This document shows positions 1 through 8,310 of a DNA stretch of 35,897 nucleotides, one piece after another; positions within the stretch are counted from its first letter, which is position 1; the number at the start of each line of letters is the position of its first letter. Both the position numbers and the translations under genes were made by a program. The notes under the pieces were generated by a model that was not told where the DNA came from, made no database searches, and saw only the letters and a program-made list of their open reading frames with translations. Source of the DNA: an uncultured Candidatus Saccharibacteria bacterium (GTDB lineage: Bacteria; Patescibacteriota; Minisyncoccia; Minisyncoccales; PWPS01); NCBI GenBank assembly GCA_964420305.1, contig CAYQSS010000002.1, positions 1-35,897 of the forward strand, read 5' to 3'.

Positions 1-311
1 TGGCATATGTTGATCCTGATGAAAGCTGCTTTGAGGGTAAAGATGAGGAGGAAGAGAATAATGAAGACAACGAGGAGGAGGAAGAAGAGGAGCAAGATAA
101 TGAAAATAATGAAGAAGAGATATCCGATATTATCGTTAGTAATGCAGAAATTTATTATCACATCTTACTTCTTCGAGAAATTATAAATTCAGATGAAGAA
201 AACAAAGAAATATTTGATAAAACTATCGTCAGTAATGCAGAAATTTTAATAGAAAAAATATTAGAAGAATATTTCACAACCGATCTATCAAAACCATCAT
301 TTATAAATTAA
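1..311 (+). CDS. 3' end of a hypothetical protein with a strongly acidic Glu/Asp/Asn low-complexity tract (5' end outside window)
   Basis: Frame is open from the window edge (in phase with nt 3) to TAA at 309-311. It is missing from the ORF track because no start lies in the window. It translates to ...KDEEEENNEDNEEEEEEEQDNENNEEE..., then two copies of an I(I/V)VSNAEI motif (DNA repeat atcgtYagtaatgcagaaattt at 132-153 and 225-246). Confidence 0.45.
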   Translation, partial: AYVDPDESCFEGKDEEEENNEDNEEEEEEEQDNENNEEEISDIIVSNAEIYYHILLLREIINSDEENKEIFDKTIVSNAEILIEKILEEYFTTDLSKPSFIN

Positions 312-322
312 ATTAACAAAAT

Positions 323-1144
323 ATGAAAAAAATAATTATTATTTCTTTACTTCTTTTCCCTTTCTTCGTTTTTTCTTCAGAAACAACCTTCCCGGAAGAA
401 GAAGCAGGAATTTCTGCCTACACAAAAACTGAAGACATAAATGAAGATAATAATGTTACAAAAATAAATGAAGCTGTTGCTTTTTTTGAGTCGTTGGGAG
501 ACGGAATGCTTGTGGAGAATAAAAGTACCCACGCTATTGGTAAAGTCCCTGTAAAAATTGAAATTGAAGACTATTCTTTTTATCTTTACCCTTTTGTCTA
601 TATCGATTTAGAGGGCTGGATTGTCGCTTATTTCCATAAAGATGATCCTACAAGTAAAATTATACAGTGGACAAATTATGCTCCCTCAGATATATCTTCA
701 AGCATCCTCGAAGATGCTTTGTCGAAAGTAACAACAGAACTTGCTCTTACCTACTCTTCTTTAGATTATTATCACTTCCAATATCCAGAAGCAAAAAAAA
801 TGACTATTATTATTGACACCGTCATTTCACACGAAACTTCTGTAAATAATTTTTCAGTAACTATCCCTGGAACAACCTACGAATCTTCTTATTCTCTTTT
901 TTATAACCAAAAACTTCCTTCTTCTGCATATTGTCCGATTGAATTACTGGTCGATGGAGAAACAATTCATAAAAAAGATGATATGGCAACTGGTTGGGAC
1001 TGGTGCCAAGGAAAAGAATTTACATATGGCTTTTATCCAGAAGATGTTTTTACAAAAGAAAAACCACATTCAGTGGTTCTTAAAGATCGAGCTAGTAAGA
1101 ATATAAGGCAAGGGGCAGGAACAGTTATCTTGTACAGCGATTAG
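323..1144 (+). CDS. Hypothetical secreted protein (N-terminal signal peptide)
   Basis: 273-aa ORF with an ATG start. The N-terminus MKKIIIISLLLFPFFVFSSE has a charged n-region, a hydrophobic core and a small-residue cleavage site. I recognise no family motif. A hairpin plus T-rich tract follows at 1189-1230. Confidence 0.65.
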   Translation: MKKIIIISLLLFPFFVFSSETTFPEEEAGISAYTKTEDINEDNNVTKINEAVAFFESLGDGMLVENKSTHAIGKVPVKIEIEDYSFYLYPFVYIDLEGWIVAYFHKDDPTSKIIQWTNYAPSDISSSILEDALSKVTTELALTYSSLDYYHFQYPEAKKMTIIIDTVISHETSVNNFSVTIPGTTYESSYSLFYNQKLPSSAYCPIELLVDGETIHKKDDMATGWDWCQGKEFTYGFYPEDVFTKEKPHSVVLKDRASKNIRQGAGTVILYSD

Positions 1145-1154
1145 ACCAAGGGGA

Positions 1155-1218
1155 ATTCCTTGAAATATGTTAATTACTAGGATTGATAATCCTTGAAATA
1201 TGCCAATTTCAAGGATTT
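1155..1218. repeat. Tandem pair of palindromic elements: degenerate copy (1155-1185) plus perfect 30-bp palindrome AATCCTTGAAAT-ATGCCA-ATTTCAAGGATT (1189-1218)
   Basis: Read directly. The 12-bp arms are exact reverse complements around a 6-nt loop. The degenerate copy is aattccttgaaatatgttaattactaggatt. It sits in the convergent gap between the 323-1144 (+) and 1239-2372 (-) genes. On the plus strand it is followed by TTTTAATTATT, so it could also act as a terminator. Confidence 0.85.
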
Positions 1219-1238
1219 TAATTATTAGAGAAAGTTAT

Positions 1239-2372
1239 CTAGGTTATAAAATCAAGATAGTTTTCTGAGTTTATAACTTCAAATTTTGAATTTGGGTAAT
1301 TTTTCTTCCAATCTTTCGGAACTTTTACCTTCTCATCTCTCCATTTGAATTCATATCCAAAGAGACTGCCATCTCTTTCTTCAATAAAGTCTATTTCCTT
1401 CCCCTCCCATGTACGCCAAAAATAATTATTCGCGTAAATATTCTTGTAATTTTGTTTTTTGATTCTCTCTATAACCAAGAAATTCTCCCACAGCCTTCCG
1501 ACATCATCACGTATTTCTAGTGGGTTAAAGTTTGCAATCACAGCATTTCTTATCCCATTATCAAAAAAATAATACTTACTTTTTTTAGTTATTTCTTTCC
1601 TTAGATTACGGCTAAAGCCTCTTAGATTAGTCAAAATAAATGATTTTTCAAGCAGGTCAATATACCTTGCCACTGTTTTATAATCCAACTGAAGTTGCTG
1701 TCCAATTTCAGAGAGAGAAACCTCACTCCCAACCTGAAAAGCTAAAAGGCGCAAAAGGTCTAAAAGGACTCTTGATCCTTTTACTTTTTCCATTTGCAAA
1801 ATATCTTTTAAAAGATAAGAATTAACAAGCTCATTTAAAATTCTTTTCTTATCATCAGTATTTTCCGCGGAAACAACTTCCGGATACCCTCCATAAATTA
1901 AGTATTTTGGAAGATTATTTTTAAGATCGTATCTGTTGTATAAATCTAACAACTCGATCTGGGAAATTGGGAAAAGAGTCAAAACTATTTTTCTTCCGGT
2001 AAGTGGTTCTCCTATTTGACCCGCTAAATCAAACGAAGAGGAACCTGTCGCAATAACTTTAATGCCTGGAACCTCGTCAACCATCATCTTCAGACCATCT
2101 CCAATGTTCTTTATTTTCTGTGCTTCATCAATAGCAATTAACTCATATCCCGCAACGTATTCTTTTATTTTTTTAATACTTTTAGAACTAATCAGTTCTG
2201 CAACATCAACATCATCTCCTGAGTCAAGTCGGTAATTAAAATTTTCTCTTGTTTTTTCCAGGTAGCTTCTTAGAAGTGTAGTTTTTCCAACCTGCCTTGC
2301 TCCATATATAACCAAAACTTTGTTTGGCTTTAAATAAGAAGTTAAATTACTATAATATCTCTTTATATTCAT
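1239..2372 (-). CDS. AAA+ superfamily ATPase of the AAA_14 / DUF4143 (COG1373-like) type
   Basis: 377 aa with an ATG start. It has Walker A GARQVGKTT near the N-terminus and Walker B LIAIDEAQ. The central region (LSEIGQQLQLDYKTVARYIDLLEKSF) looks like a winged HTH. The C-terminus carries EIDFIEE...GYEFKW (a D...ExK pattern). Confidence 0.8.
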   Translation of the reverse strand: MNIKRYYSNLTSYLKPNKVLVIYGARQVGKTTLLRSYLEKTRENFNYRLDSGDDVDVAELISSKSIKKIKEYVAGYELIAIDEAQKIKNIGDGLKMMVDEVPGIKVIATGSSSFDLAGQIGEPLTGRKIVLTLFPISQIELLDLYNRYDLKNNLPKYLIYGGYPEVVSAENTDDKKRILNELVNSYLLKDILQMEKVKGSRVLLDLLRLLAFQVGSEVSLSEIGQQLQLDYKTVARYIDLLEKSFILTNLRGFSRNLRKEITKKSKYYFFDNGIRNAVIANFNPLEIRDDVGRLWENFLVIERIKKQNYKNIYANNYFWRTWEGKEIDFIEERDGSLFGYEFKWRDEKVKVPKDWKKNYPNSKFEVINSENYLDFIT

Positions 2373-2378
2373 ACTGTT

Positions 2379-2406
2379 AATATAGCAAATCCTTGAAATA
2401 TGTCAA
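2379..2406 (-). promoter_or_regulatory. Predicted sigma70-type promoter of the ATPase gene: TTGACA-16 nt-TATATT
   Basis: On the minus strand, -35 TTGACA is at 2406..2401 (inside the palindrome) and -10 TATATT is at 2384..2379. Only 6 nt separate the -10 from the ATG at 2372, and there is no Shine-Dalgarno. This predicts a leaderless or near-leaderless mRNA. Confidence 0.45.
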
Positions 2407-2417
2407 TTTCAAGGATT
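2388..2417. repeat. Second copy of the 30-bp perfect palindrome AATCCTTGAAAT-ATGTCA-ATTTCAAGGATT
   Basis: Read directly. It is identical to 1189-1218 except for one loop base (T versus C). It lies 16 nt upstream of the ATPase start codon. Confidence 0.9.
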
Positions 2418-2557
2418 AGTAACCAGAAAATATTTTATCTTATGTGGAAGTAACCACGCCCAAAACTGCCAAATACTTCATTAAATGAACATAAGTATAA
2501 AAGAGAATTGTTATTGATATTGCGATAAAAACGCCTGTATAGTGATTCATAATTTAT

Positions 2558-5269
2558 TTAATTATTAACAAACGCTTCCTTTTTCTTCCCAGCCCCCTCA
2601 AATATTATTTCACTATCTTTTGCTTTAACAACTACTCTCGCCCCTCTTTCAATTTTCCCAGAAATAACCTCAAGAGCCAAAGGATTGAGGATCTTCTTTT
2701 GAATAATACGTTTCATTGGACGTGCTCCCATTTCTCTATCAAACCCTTCCTTGCTTAAAATATCTTTTGCTGACTTTTGGAAAGTAACAGAAACACCGTT
2801 ATTAGCTTTCATTCTTTTTATTACTTTTTCAAGTTCTAAATCAAGAATCTTTTCAATTTCTTTTTCTGACAGATGGTTAAAAATTATTGTTTCATCAATA
2901 CGATTTAAAAACTCTGGGCGGAAAGTTCCCTTAATCGCTTCCGTCACCTTGTCTTTCAAAGATTCTCGAACGCTGTCTTTTTCTGTCGCGCTAAACCCCA
3001 ACGCTCCCATTTCTGTAATGTATTCAGACCCAACGTTAGAGGTCATAATGATAATTGTGTTTTTAAATGAAACTTTCCTTCCTTTAGAATCACTCAGTCT
3101 TCCGTCTTCTAGCACCTGTAAAAGAATATTAAAAACATCAGGATGTGCTTTTTCTATCTCATCAATTAAAACAACACTGTACGGTCTTCTTCTTACCGCC
3201 TCGCTAATTTGTCCTGAATCATCGTGTCCAATGTATCCTGGAGGAGCACCAATCATCTTTGATACAGAGTGTTTTTCCATGTATTCTGACATATCAACGC
3301 GAATAAGCGATTCTTCACTTCCAAAAAGAAAATCTGCAAGAGCTCTCGCTGTTTCAGTCTTCCCAACTCCAGTTGGTCCTAAGAAAAGAAAAGATCCAAG
3401 AGGCCTGTTTTCATCAGCAACTCCTGCACGAGAACGACGAATAGCATGAGAAATTGCAGAGAGCGCTTCTTCTTGGCCGATCACTCTTTTTCCAATAATA
3501 TCTTCCATCTTCTTCAGTTTTTTTGCTTCTTCTTCAAGCAAACTGGTAACCGGAATACCGGTCCATCTTGAAACAACACCAGCAACATCTTCTCTGGTGA
3601 CTGACTCTTTTAAGACCGCTTTTTTCTTCTGAAGATTCTTTAACTTTTTTTCTTCGGAGTTAAGTTCCTTATTCAGTTCCGGTATCTTCCCATACTTGAT
3701 TTCAGCTACTCTTTGCAAATCCGCCTCTTGCCCTGCTCTTTCTGATTCATATTTTAGAGTATCTATCTCATTTTTAATCTCTTTTATTCTCGCTATTGTT
3801 TCTTTTTCTGCTCTCCAGCGAGCATCAAGTTCTTGAGCTTTTTCCTTGAGATCAGCAAGTTGTCTTAGAATAACCTTCTTTCTCTTTTCTGTCTCATCTC
3901 CAGTGCTGTTTTTCAAGGACTCCATCTCAATCTCTAAATCTTGTATCTCCCTTTTAAAATCTTCTAATCTTGCCGGTTGTGATTCTACTTCGAGTCGCAA
4001 AGAACTCATCGCCTCATCCATCAGATCTACTGCCTTATCGGGAAGAAAACGATCACTGATATATCTTGCTGACAGTTCAACGGCCGCTTTCAATGCTCCG
4101 TCTTCAATCTTTACTCCGTGGTGCATCTCATATTTTTCCTTAATTCCTCTCAGAATAAGAAGAGTCTCTTCTTCTGTTGGTTCTGATACAGTAATCGGTT
4201 GAAATCTTCTCTCTAGTGCAGGATCTCTTTCAATATATTTTTGATACTCTTTTAAGGTAGTTGCACCGATAGCACGCAGTTCTCCTCTTGCTAGATCAGG
4301 CTTTAGAAGATTTGAGGCATCTATTGAACCCTCTGCTGCTCCAGCGCCAATAATTGTATGTAACTCATCAATAAAAAGAATATATTTATCTTTGTGAGCT
4401 TTAATTTCTTTAAGCAGTGCTTTAATTCTTTGTTCGAACTCTCCTCTATATCTTGTTCCGGCAACAAGGGATCCGATGTCCAAACTTATCACCTCCTTAT
4501 TCTTCAAACTCTCAGGAACATCTTTTTTAGCAATTCCTTGTGCAAGACCCTCGATAACCGCTGTTTTCCCAGTCCCTGCTTCACCGATTAAAACAGGATT
4601 ATTTTTTGTTCTTCTTGATAGAACTTGCATCAACCGCCTCATTTCTTTTTTTCTTCCAATGACCGGATCTATCTTACCCTGACGTGCCATCTCTGTTAAG
4701 TTATTGGTATATTTTTCGATAACCTGTATTTTTGACTCTGGATGAGGATCAGTGACTGTTTGATTTCCGCGAATTTCTTCTAGAACACGCTTTACAGAAT
4801 CATAATTTATCTTTTCTGCATCCATCGGATCTGGACCTCCTTTTCCTTGTGGAAGAAAGGTTGCTGTTTCTAAAATATCTCTTGCTCTTGCATCGGTAAG
4901 TAATATTCCTAGAAAGAGGTGTTCGATGGAAATAAACTTATCCCCCATTTTTTCTGCTTCTTCTCCGGCAAACTTTAAAACACTTGCTATTTCGGGAGAA
5001 AGATAAAACTGTCCAAAAGAAGTTTTTTCAATTTCTTGGGTTTTAGGAAGTATTTTTATCGAACGCTCTGTCCTTTTTTTAAGCATCTCAATATCAACCC
5101 CTAGTCTCTTTAAGACGTTAATAACAATGCTTTCTTCTTGAATAAGTAAAGCAAACAGAAGATGCAAAGGATCAATCTGTTGATTACCTCTTTTGTAAGC
5201 AATTTTTTGGGATGTGACAATCGCTTGTTGAGCTTTGTGTGTAAAATTAGCACCTGGTACTGTAGACAT
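2558..5269 (-). CDS. clpB: ATP-dependent chaperone/disaggregase ClpB
   Basis: 903 aa with an N-terminal Clp_N repeat region. NBD1 has GEAGTGKTA and FIDELHT; NBD2 has GPTGVGKTE and [10 protein letters not shown] long (~125 aa) coiled-coil middle domain contains ...[16 protein letters not shown]..., which is typical of ClpB rather than ClpC. Confidence 0.9.
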   Translation of the reverse strand: MSTVPGANFTHKAQQAIVTSQKIAYKRGNQQIDPLHLLFALLIQEESIVINVLKRLGVDIEMLKKRTERSIKILPKTQEIEKTSFGQFYLSPEIASVLKFAGEEAEKMGDKFISIEHLFLGILLTDARARDILETATFLPQGKGGPDPMDAEKINYDSVKRVLEEIRGNQTVTDPHPESKIQVIEKYTNNLTEMARQGKIDPVIGRKKEMRRLMQVLSRRTKNNPVLIGEAGTGKTAVIEGLAQGIAKKDVPESLKNKEVISLDIGSLVAGTRYRGEFEQRIKALLKEIKAHKDKYILFIDELHTIIGAGAAEGSIDASNLLKPDLARGELRAIGATTLKEYQKYIERDPALERRFQPITVSEPTEEETLLILRGIKEKYEMHHGVKIEDGALKAAVELSARYISDRFLPDKAVDLMDEAMSSLRLEVESQPARLEDFKREIQDLEIEMESLKNSTGDETEKRKKVILRQLADLKEKAQELDARWRAEKETIARIKEIKNEIDTLKYESERAGQEADLQRVAEIKYGKIPELNKELNSEEKKLKNLQKKKAVLKESVTREDVAGVVSRWTGIPVTSLLEEEAKKLKKMEDIIGKRVIGQEEALSAISHAIRRSRAGVADENRPLGSFLFLGPTGVGKTETARALADFLFGSEESLIRVDMSEYMEKHSVSKMIGAPPGYIGHDDSGQISEAVRRRPYSVVLIDEIEKAHPDVFNILLQVLEDGRLSDSKGRKVSFKNTIIIMTSNVGSEYITEMGALGFSATEKDSVRESLKDKVTEAIKGTFRPEFLNRIDETIIFNHLSEKEIEKILDLELEKVIKRMKANNGVSVTFQKSAKDILSKEGFDREMGARPMKRIIQKKILNPLALEVISGKIERGARVVVKAKDSEIIFEGAGKKKEAFVNN

Positions 5270-5301
5270 AAAATATTAGTTAAGTTAGGAGTATTATGAT
5301 A

Positions 5302-5991
5302 TCAGTTTTTGTCTTGAAAATCAAGAAACAAGTTCTCTATATATTCTCTAAATTTTATCTGCTCTTCAATGCTGTTGTTCACTTCAATGGCAATAGTTTC
5401 ACTGAAGATAAACTTCGGAAGCTTTTTTAGGTAATCAAAATCACTTTCGTTCTCTATATAATGTAGATCATCCTTTTCCTTAAAAGAATATCCGCTTAAA
5501 TGATTGCATTTAAAAAGCCCTTTGTCCTTCCGCCGGTTATAAACATAGTCATAATCAATAGACCCCCTGTCCTTTTCCTTTTGATAATGAGCTAGATCAA
5601 TGCAAAAGCCGCCTATTTCTTCAACTTTTACGTTTTCAGCAACTATGTTGTCGGAGTTCATCTCCAAAAATAGGTATTGCAGAAATCCATCCCATTTTGA
5701 AAGAACATCAAAGTCGCTTTCGTGAATAGTGAAATACCTAGTTTTATATCTTTCAAAAAGAAATTGTAATTCGCTTTTCCCAAAATCATTACTAATATGA
5801 ACAAGAGGAACCTTTTTTATTTTAGTTTTTTCTATTTCCTGATAGATCTTTTTTCTTTCCTCTAACGGCAAATATGGAAAAAAGAGACATACTTCTTCAA
5901 ATTCTCTTTTTTTGATCTCTTCTACCTTGCTTTTACACTCTTTGTAATCATTCCCAGTGATTGATAACCAAATCTTTTCTCTGTTTTTCAT
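5302..5991 (-). CDS. Hypothetical protein (possible TIM-barrel-like fold, weak inference)
   Basis: The ORF-track start at 6006 is TTG. The first ATG is at 5991 (MKNREKIWLS...). Short hydrophobic strands recur, each ending in His/Asp/Glu (LVHISNDF, FTIHESDF, LFLEMNSD, FCIDLAHY, CNHLSGY, IAIEVNN). I recognise no confident family. Confidence 0.55.
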   Translation of the reverse strand: MKNREKIWLSITGNDYKECKSKVEEIKKREFEEVCLFFPYLPLEERKKIYQEIEKTKIKKVPLVHISNDFGKSELQFLFERYKTRYFTIHESDFDVLSKWDGFLQYLFLEMNSDNIVAENVKVEEIGGFCIDLAHYQKEKDRGSIDYDYVYNRRKDKGLFKCNHLSGYSFKEKDDLHYIENESDFDYLKKLPKFIFSETIAIEVNNSIEEQIKFREYIENLFLDFQDKN

Positions 5992-6058
5992 TTTATCATA
6001 AACCAAAAATCCATTCCGCTAATAAGAATTCCTAGAAAAAGAATTAAAAGATTATTTT

Positions 6059-6427
6059 TCATAAGAATAATCTGTTAAAAAGAATAATAACGTAAGGTAA
6101 AATAATAATTGCAGCGAGAATAACTGCTCCGATACTGGCAGTTAACACCGCCCCAGCAGAAATATCTTTCATCTTTCTTACTTCTTCGCTGTAATCTGGT
6201 CTTAAGATATCAAGAATCCTCTCAATCTGTGAATTAATTAATTCTAAAGATAAAACCAAAACAACAACCAAAATTAAGATTGCTCTTTCTAATGATTGAA
6301 AGGGAAAGTAAAAAAGACAAAAAGCAACAAAAAAAGCGATGATAAAAAGAATTCTAAAAGATTGCTCAATAAAAGCTTCTTTAATCCCTCGGAATGCGTT
6401 ATAAAGCGCGCGAAATAGTTTTTTCAT
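6059..6427 (-). CDS. dgkA: Diacylglycerol kinase / undecaprenol kinase family membrane protein (DgkA-like)
   Basis: 122 aa with three predicted TM segments. It shows the family pattern: N-terminal amphipathic FRGIKEAF, ELINSQIERILD (E..N..IE) and KDISAGAVL. It starts 1 nt after the permease stop. Confidence 0.7.
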   Translation of the reverse strand: MKKLFRALYNAFRGIKEAFIEQSFRILFIIAFFVAFCLFYFPFQSLERAILILVVVLVLSLELINSQIERILDILRPDYSEEVRKMKDISAGAVLTASIGAVILAAIIILPYVIILFNRLFL

Positions 6428-6428
6428 A

Positions 6429-7643
6429 TTATTCGTATCTTAATGCATCAACAGGTTCTAATTTTGCAGCTTGTTTGGCGGGTAGAAATCCGGATAGACA
6501 GCCAACAATAAAAGAAAATGAAAGTCCAAAAAGAATAAGCCACAGAGAGATATGTGCTTCAAGGTAAAACATTGCACCTGACCCAGAAAGAATCATTTCT
6601 GCAGAAATTGCGAGAAGAATCCCAAAAACAACTCCTCCTACTCCTCCCACAAAACCAATTATCCCTGCTTCAAAAAGAAAAATAGAAACAATGTGTTTTC
6701 TTTTTGCTCCCACTGCTTTTAGTATTCCTATTTCCTTTGTTCTTTCTTTTACCGAAGTATACATCGTGTTCATAATACCGATCCCACCAACAATAATCGC
6801 AATGCTGGCAAAAGCGATTACTGCTGCTTGCAGAACACCCATAATACTTGCCACCATATCCGTTACCGTCTCACTGGTCATCACCGAAAAGGAAGGTTTA
6901 TCTTCGTTTCCTCTCCGCGTAACCGATGTTTCGAGCTCTCTTTCGATATTCTCAGCTACAGTATCGGGATCATATCCTGCTTTTATCTTTGCCATTGCTA
7001 CCGGGCTTCCTTCTCTTTTGCCGGTAACATCACGAAAATCTGGCAAATCAAGAGCAATCGCCAGATCATCTTGCTGATTACCTAAAGAACGTAAAATCCC
7101 AGTAACAAAAAACTCTTTTCCTTTAATAACGATGCTATCTCCTACTGCTAGTTCAGGAAAAATCTTTTTCGGAACAAGATTCCCAACCAAAATCTCTCTT
7201 CTCCCTGATCTCGGAAAAGTCCCATCAACAACATCCCAGCCCATATTTTCTCTTAAAACACTTAGTCCTTCATTGAAATCAAGACCGTAAATCATTGCCG
7301 TTTCCGTTTCCTGAAAATGTCTAGCAATAATTCCTGAAAAAGGCATCTCCATCACACTTTCAACTCCATCGGCTCTCCCTATTGCTTCAATATCACGATT
7401 ATCAAGCTCGATCCCACCCATCATCGTAGTCATCATATCAGAAACATCTCCTGGGAAAACCATCACCATATCACCTCCCATCATCTGTAATTCACTCATA
7501 ACAGAATTTTTTAAACCTTCACTTAAAGAAAGAAGTGAAATAACTAAAAATATACCAATCACGATACCTAAAATCGTAAGCCAGCTTCGCAAAGAACGAG
7601 ATCTTAGATTTTTAAAAGCTATTTTAAAATATTCACTTGTCAT
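6429..7643 (-). CDS. ABC transporter permease, MacB/FtsX family
   Basis: 404 aa. It has an N-terminal TM helix, a large extracytoplasmic domain, then three C-terminal TM helices containing the FtsX-type ...KERTKEIGILKAVGA... motif. It overlaps the upstream ATPase gene by 11 nt. Confidence 0.85.
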   Translation of the reverse strand: MTSEYFKIAFKNLRSRSLRSWLTILGIVIGIFLVISLLSLSEGLKNSVMSELQMMGGDMVMVFPGDVSDMMTTMMGGIELDNRDIEAIGRADGVESVMEMPFSGIIARHFQETETAMIYGLDFNEGLSVLRENMGWDVVDGTFPRSGRREILVGNLVPKKIFPELAVGDSIVIKGKEFFVTGILRSLGNQQDDLAIALDLPDFRDVTGKREGSPVAMAKIKAGYDPDTVAENIERELETSVTRRGNEDKPSFSVMTSETVTDMVASIMGVLQAAVIAFASIAIIVGGIGIMNTMYTSVKERTKEIGILKAVGAKRKHIVSIFLFEAGIIGFVGGVGGVVFGILLAISAEMILSGSGAMFYLEAHISLWLILFGLSFSFIVGCLSGFLPAKQAAKLEPVDALRYE

Positions 7644-8307
7644 CTATTTCACCATCTTTTATTTTTATAACCTTACTGGCAAATGTTTTTAGGTCTGCAT
7701 CGTGCGTAACAACAATTACTGTCCTTCCTTTCTTATTCAAATCTTTTAAGATGTTCATAATCATTCCTCCTGTTTTTGAATCAACATTTCCCGTCGGCTC
7801 ATCGGCAACGATTATCTCCGGATTATTAACCAAACTCCTTGCAATAGCCACTCTTTGACGCTCTCCTCCAGAAAGCTCTGCGGGACGATGATTCATCCGC
7901 TTTTCAAGCCCAACAGAAACTAAGAGATCTTTTGCTCTCTTTTCTCGTTCTTCTTTTTCTGTCCCTTGAAAAATAGTTGGAAGAATCACATTCTCTATTG
8001 CCGTAAGATGGCTTAGGAGATTAAACTGCTGAAAGACAAATCCAATCTTTTTTCCTCTTACCTCGGCCAGTTCATCCTCGGAAAGTATAGAAACGTCTTT
8101 CTCTTCTAAAATTATCTTTCCCGATGTAGGGACGTCTAAGCAACTAACCATATTTAGAAGTGTTGATTTTCCCGATCCACTAGGACCCAAGATAAGAGCG
8201 AAGTCCTGTTTTTTAATTTCTAAAGTAACTCCTTTTAAAACATCAAGTTTTATCTTTCCTAAGAGATAGGTTTTCCAAACATTTTGCAGTTCGATGATGT
8301 TTTCCAT
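7633..8307 (-). CDS. ABC transporter ATP-binding protein (MacB/LolD-like)
   Basis: 224 aa with Walker A GPSGSGKST, Q-loop FVFQQF, signature LSGGERQRVAIAR, Walker B IIVADEPTG and H-loop VTHD. Confidence 0.9.
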   Translation of the reverse strand: MENIIELQNVWKTYLLGKIKLDVLKGVTLEIKKQDFALILGPSGSGKSTLLNMVSCLDVPTSGKIILEEKDVSILSEDELAEVRGKKIGFVFQQFNLLSHLTAIENVILPTIFQGTEKEEREKRAKDLLVSVGLEKRMNHRPAELSGGERQRVAIARSLVNNPEIIVADEPTGNVDSKTGGMIMNILKDLNKKGRTVIVVTHDADLKTFASKVIKIKDGEIDDK

Positions 8308-8310
8308 TTT

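Noticed and set aside
1155-2417. The possibility that the repeated 30-bp palindromes are a CRISPR array
   Set aside because: There are only two full copies plus one degenerate copy. The spacing is irregular (3 nt, then ~1.17 kb) and a complete protein gene lies between them. No cas genes are present in the window.
2751-4682. Plus-strand ORFs inside clpB (2751-3449, 3846-4202, 4394-4591, 4476-4682)
   Set aside because: They lie antisense to a strongly supported 903-aa ClpB gene. Their translations are Ser/Phe/Leu-rich low-complexity sequence with no motifs, the typical shadow ORFs of an AT-rich coding strand.
2558-5269. Calling the Clp ATPase ClpC rather than ClpB
   Set aside because: The middle coiled-coil is long (~125 aa) and contains the ClpB-type ...YGKIPEL... 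segment. I could not find a ClpP-docking IGF-type loop.
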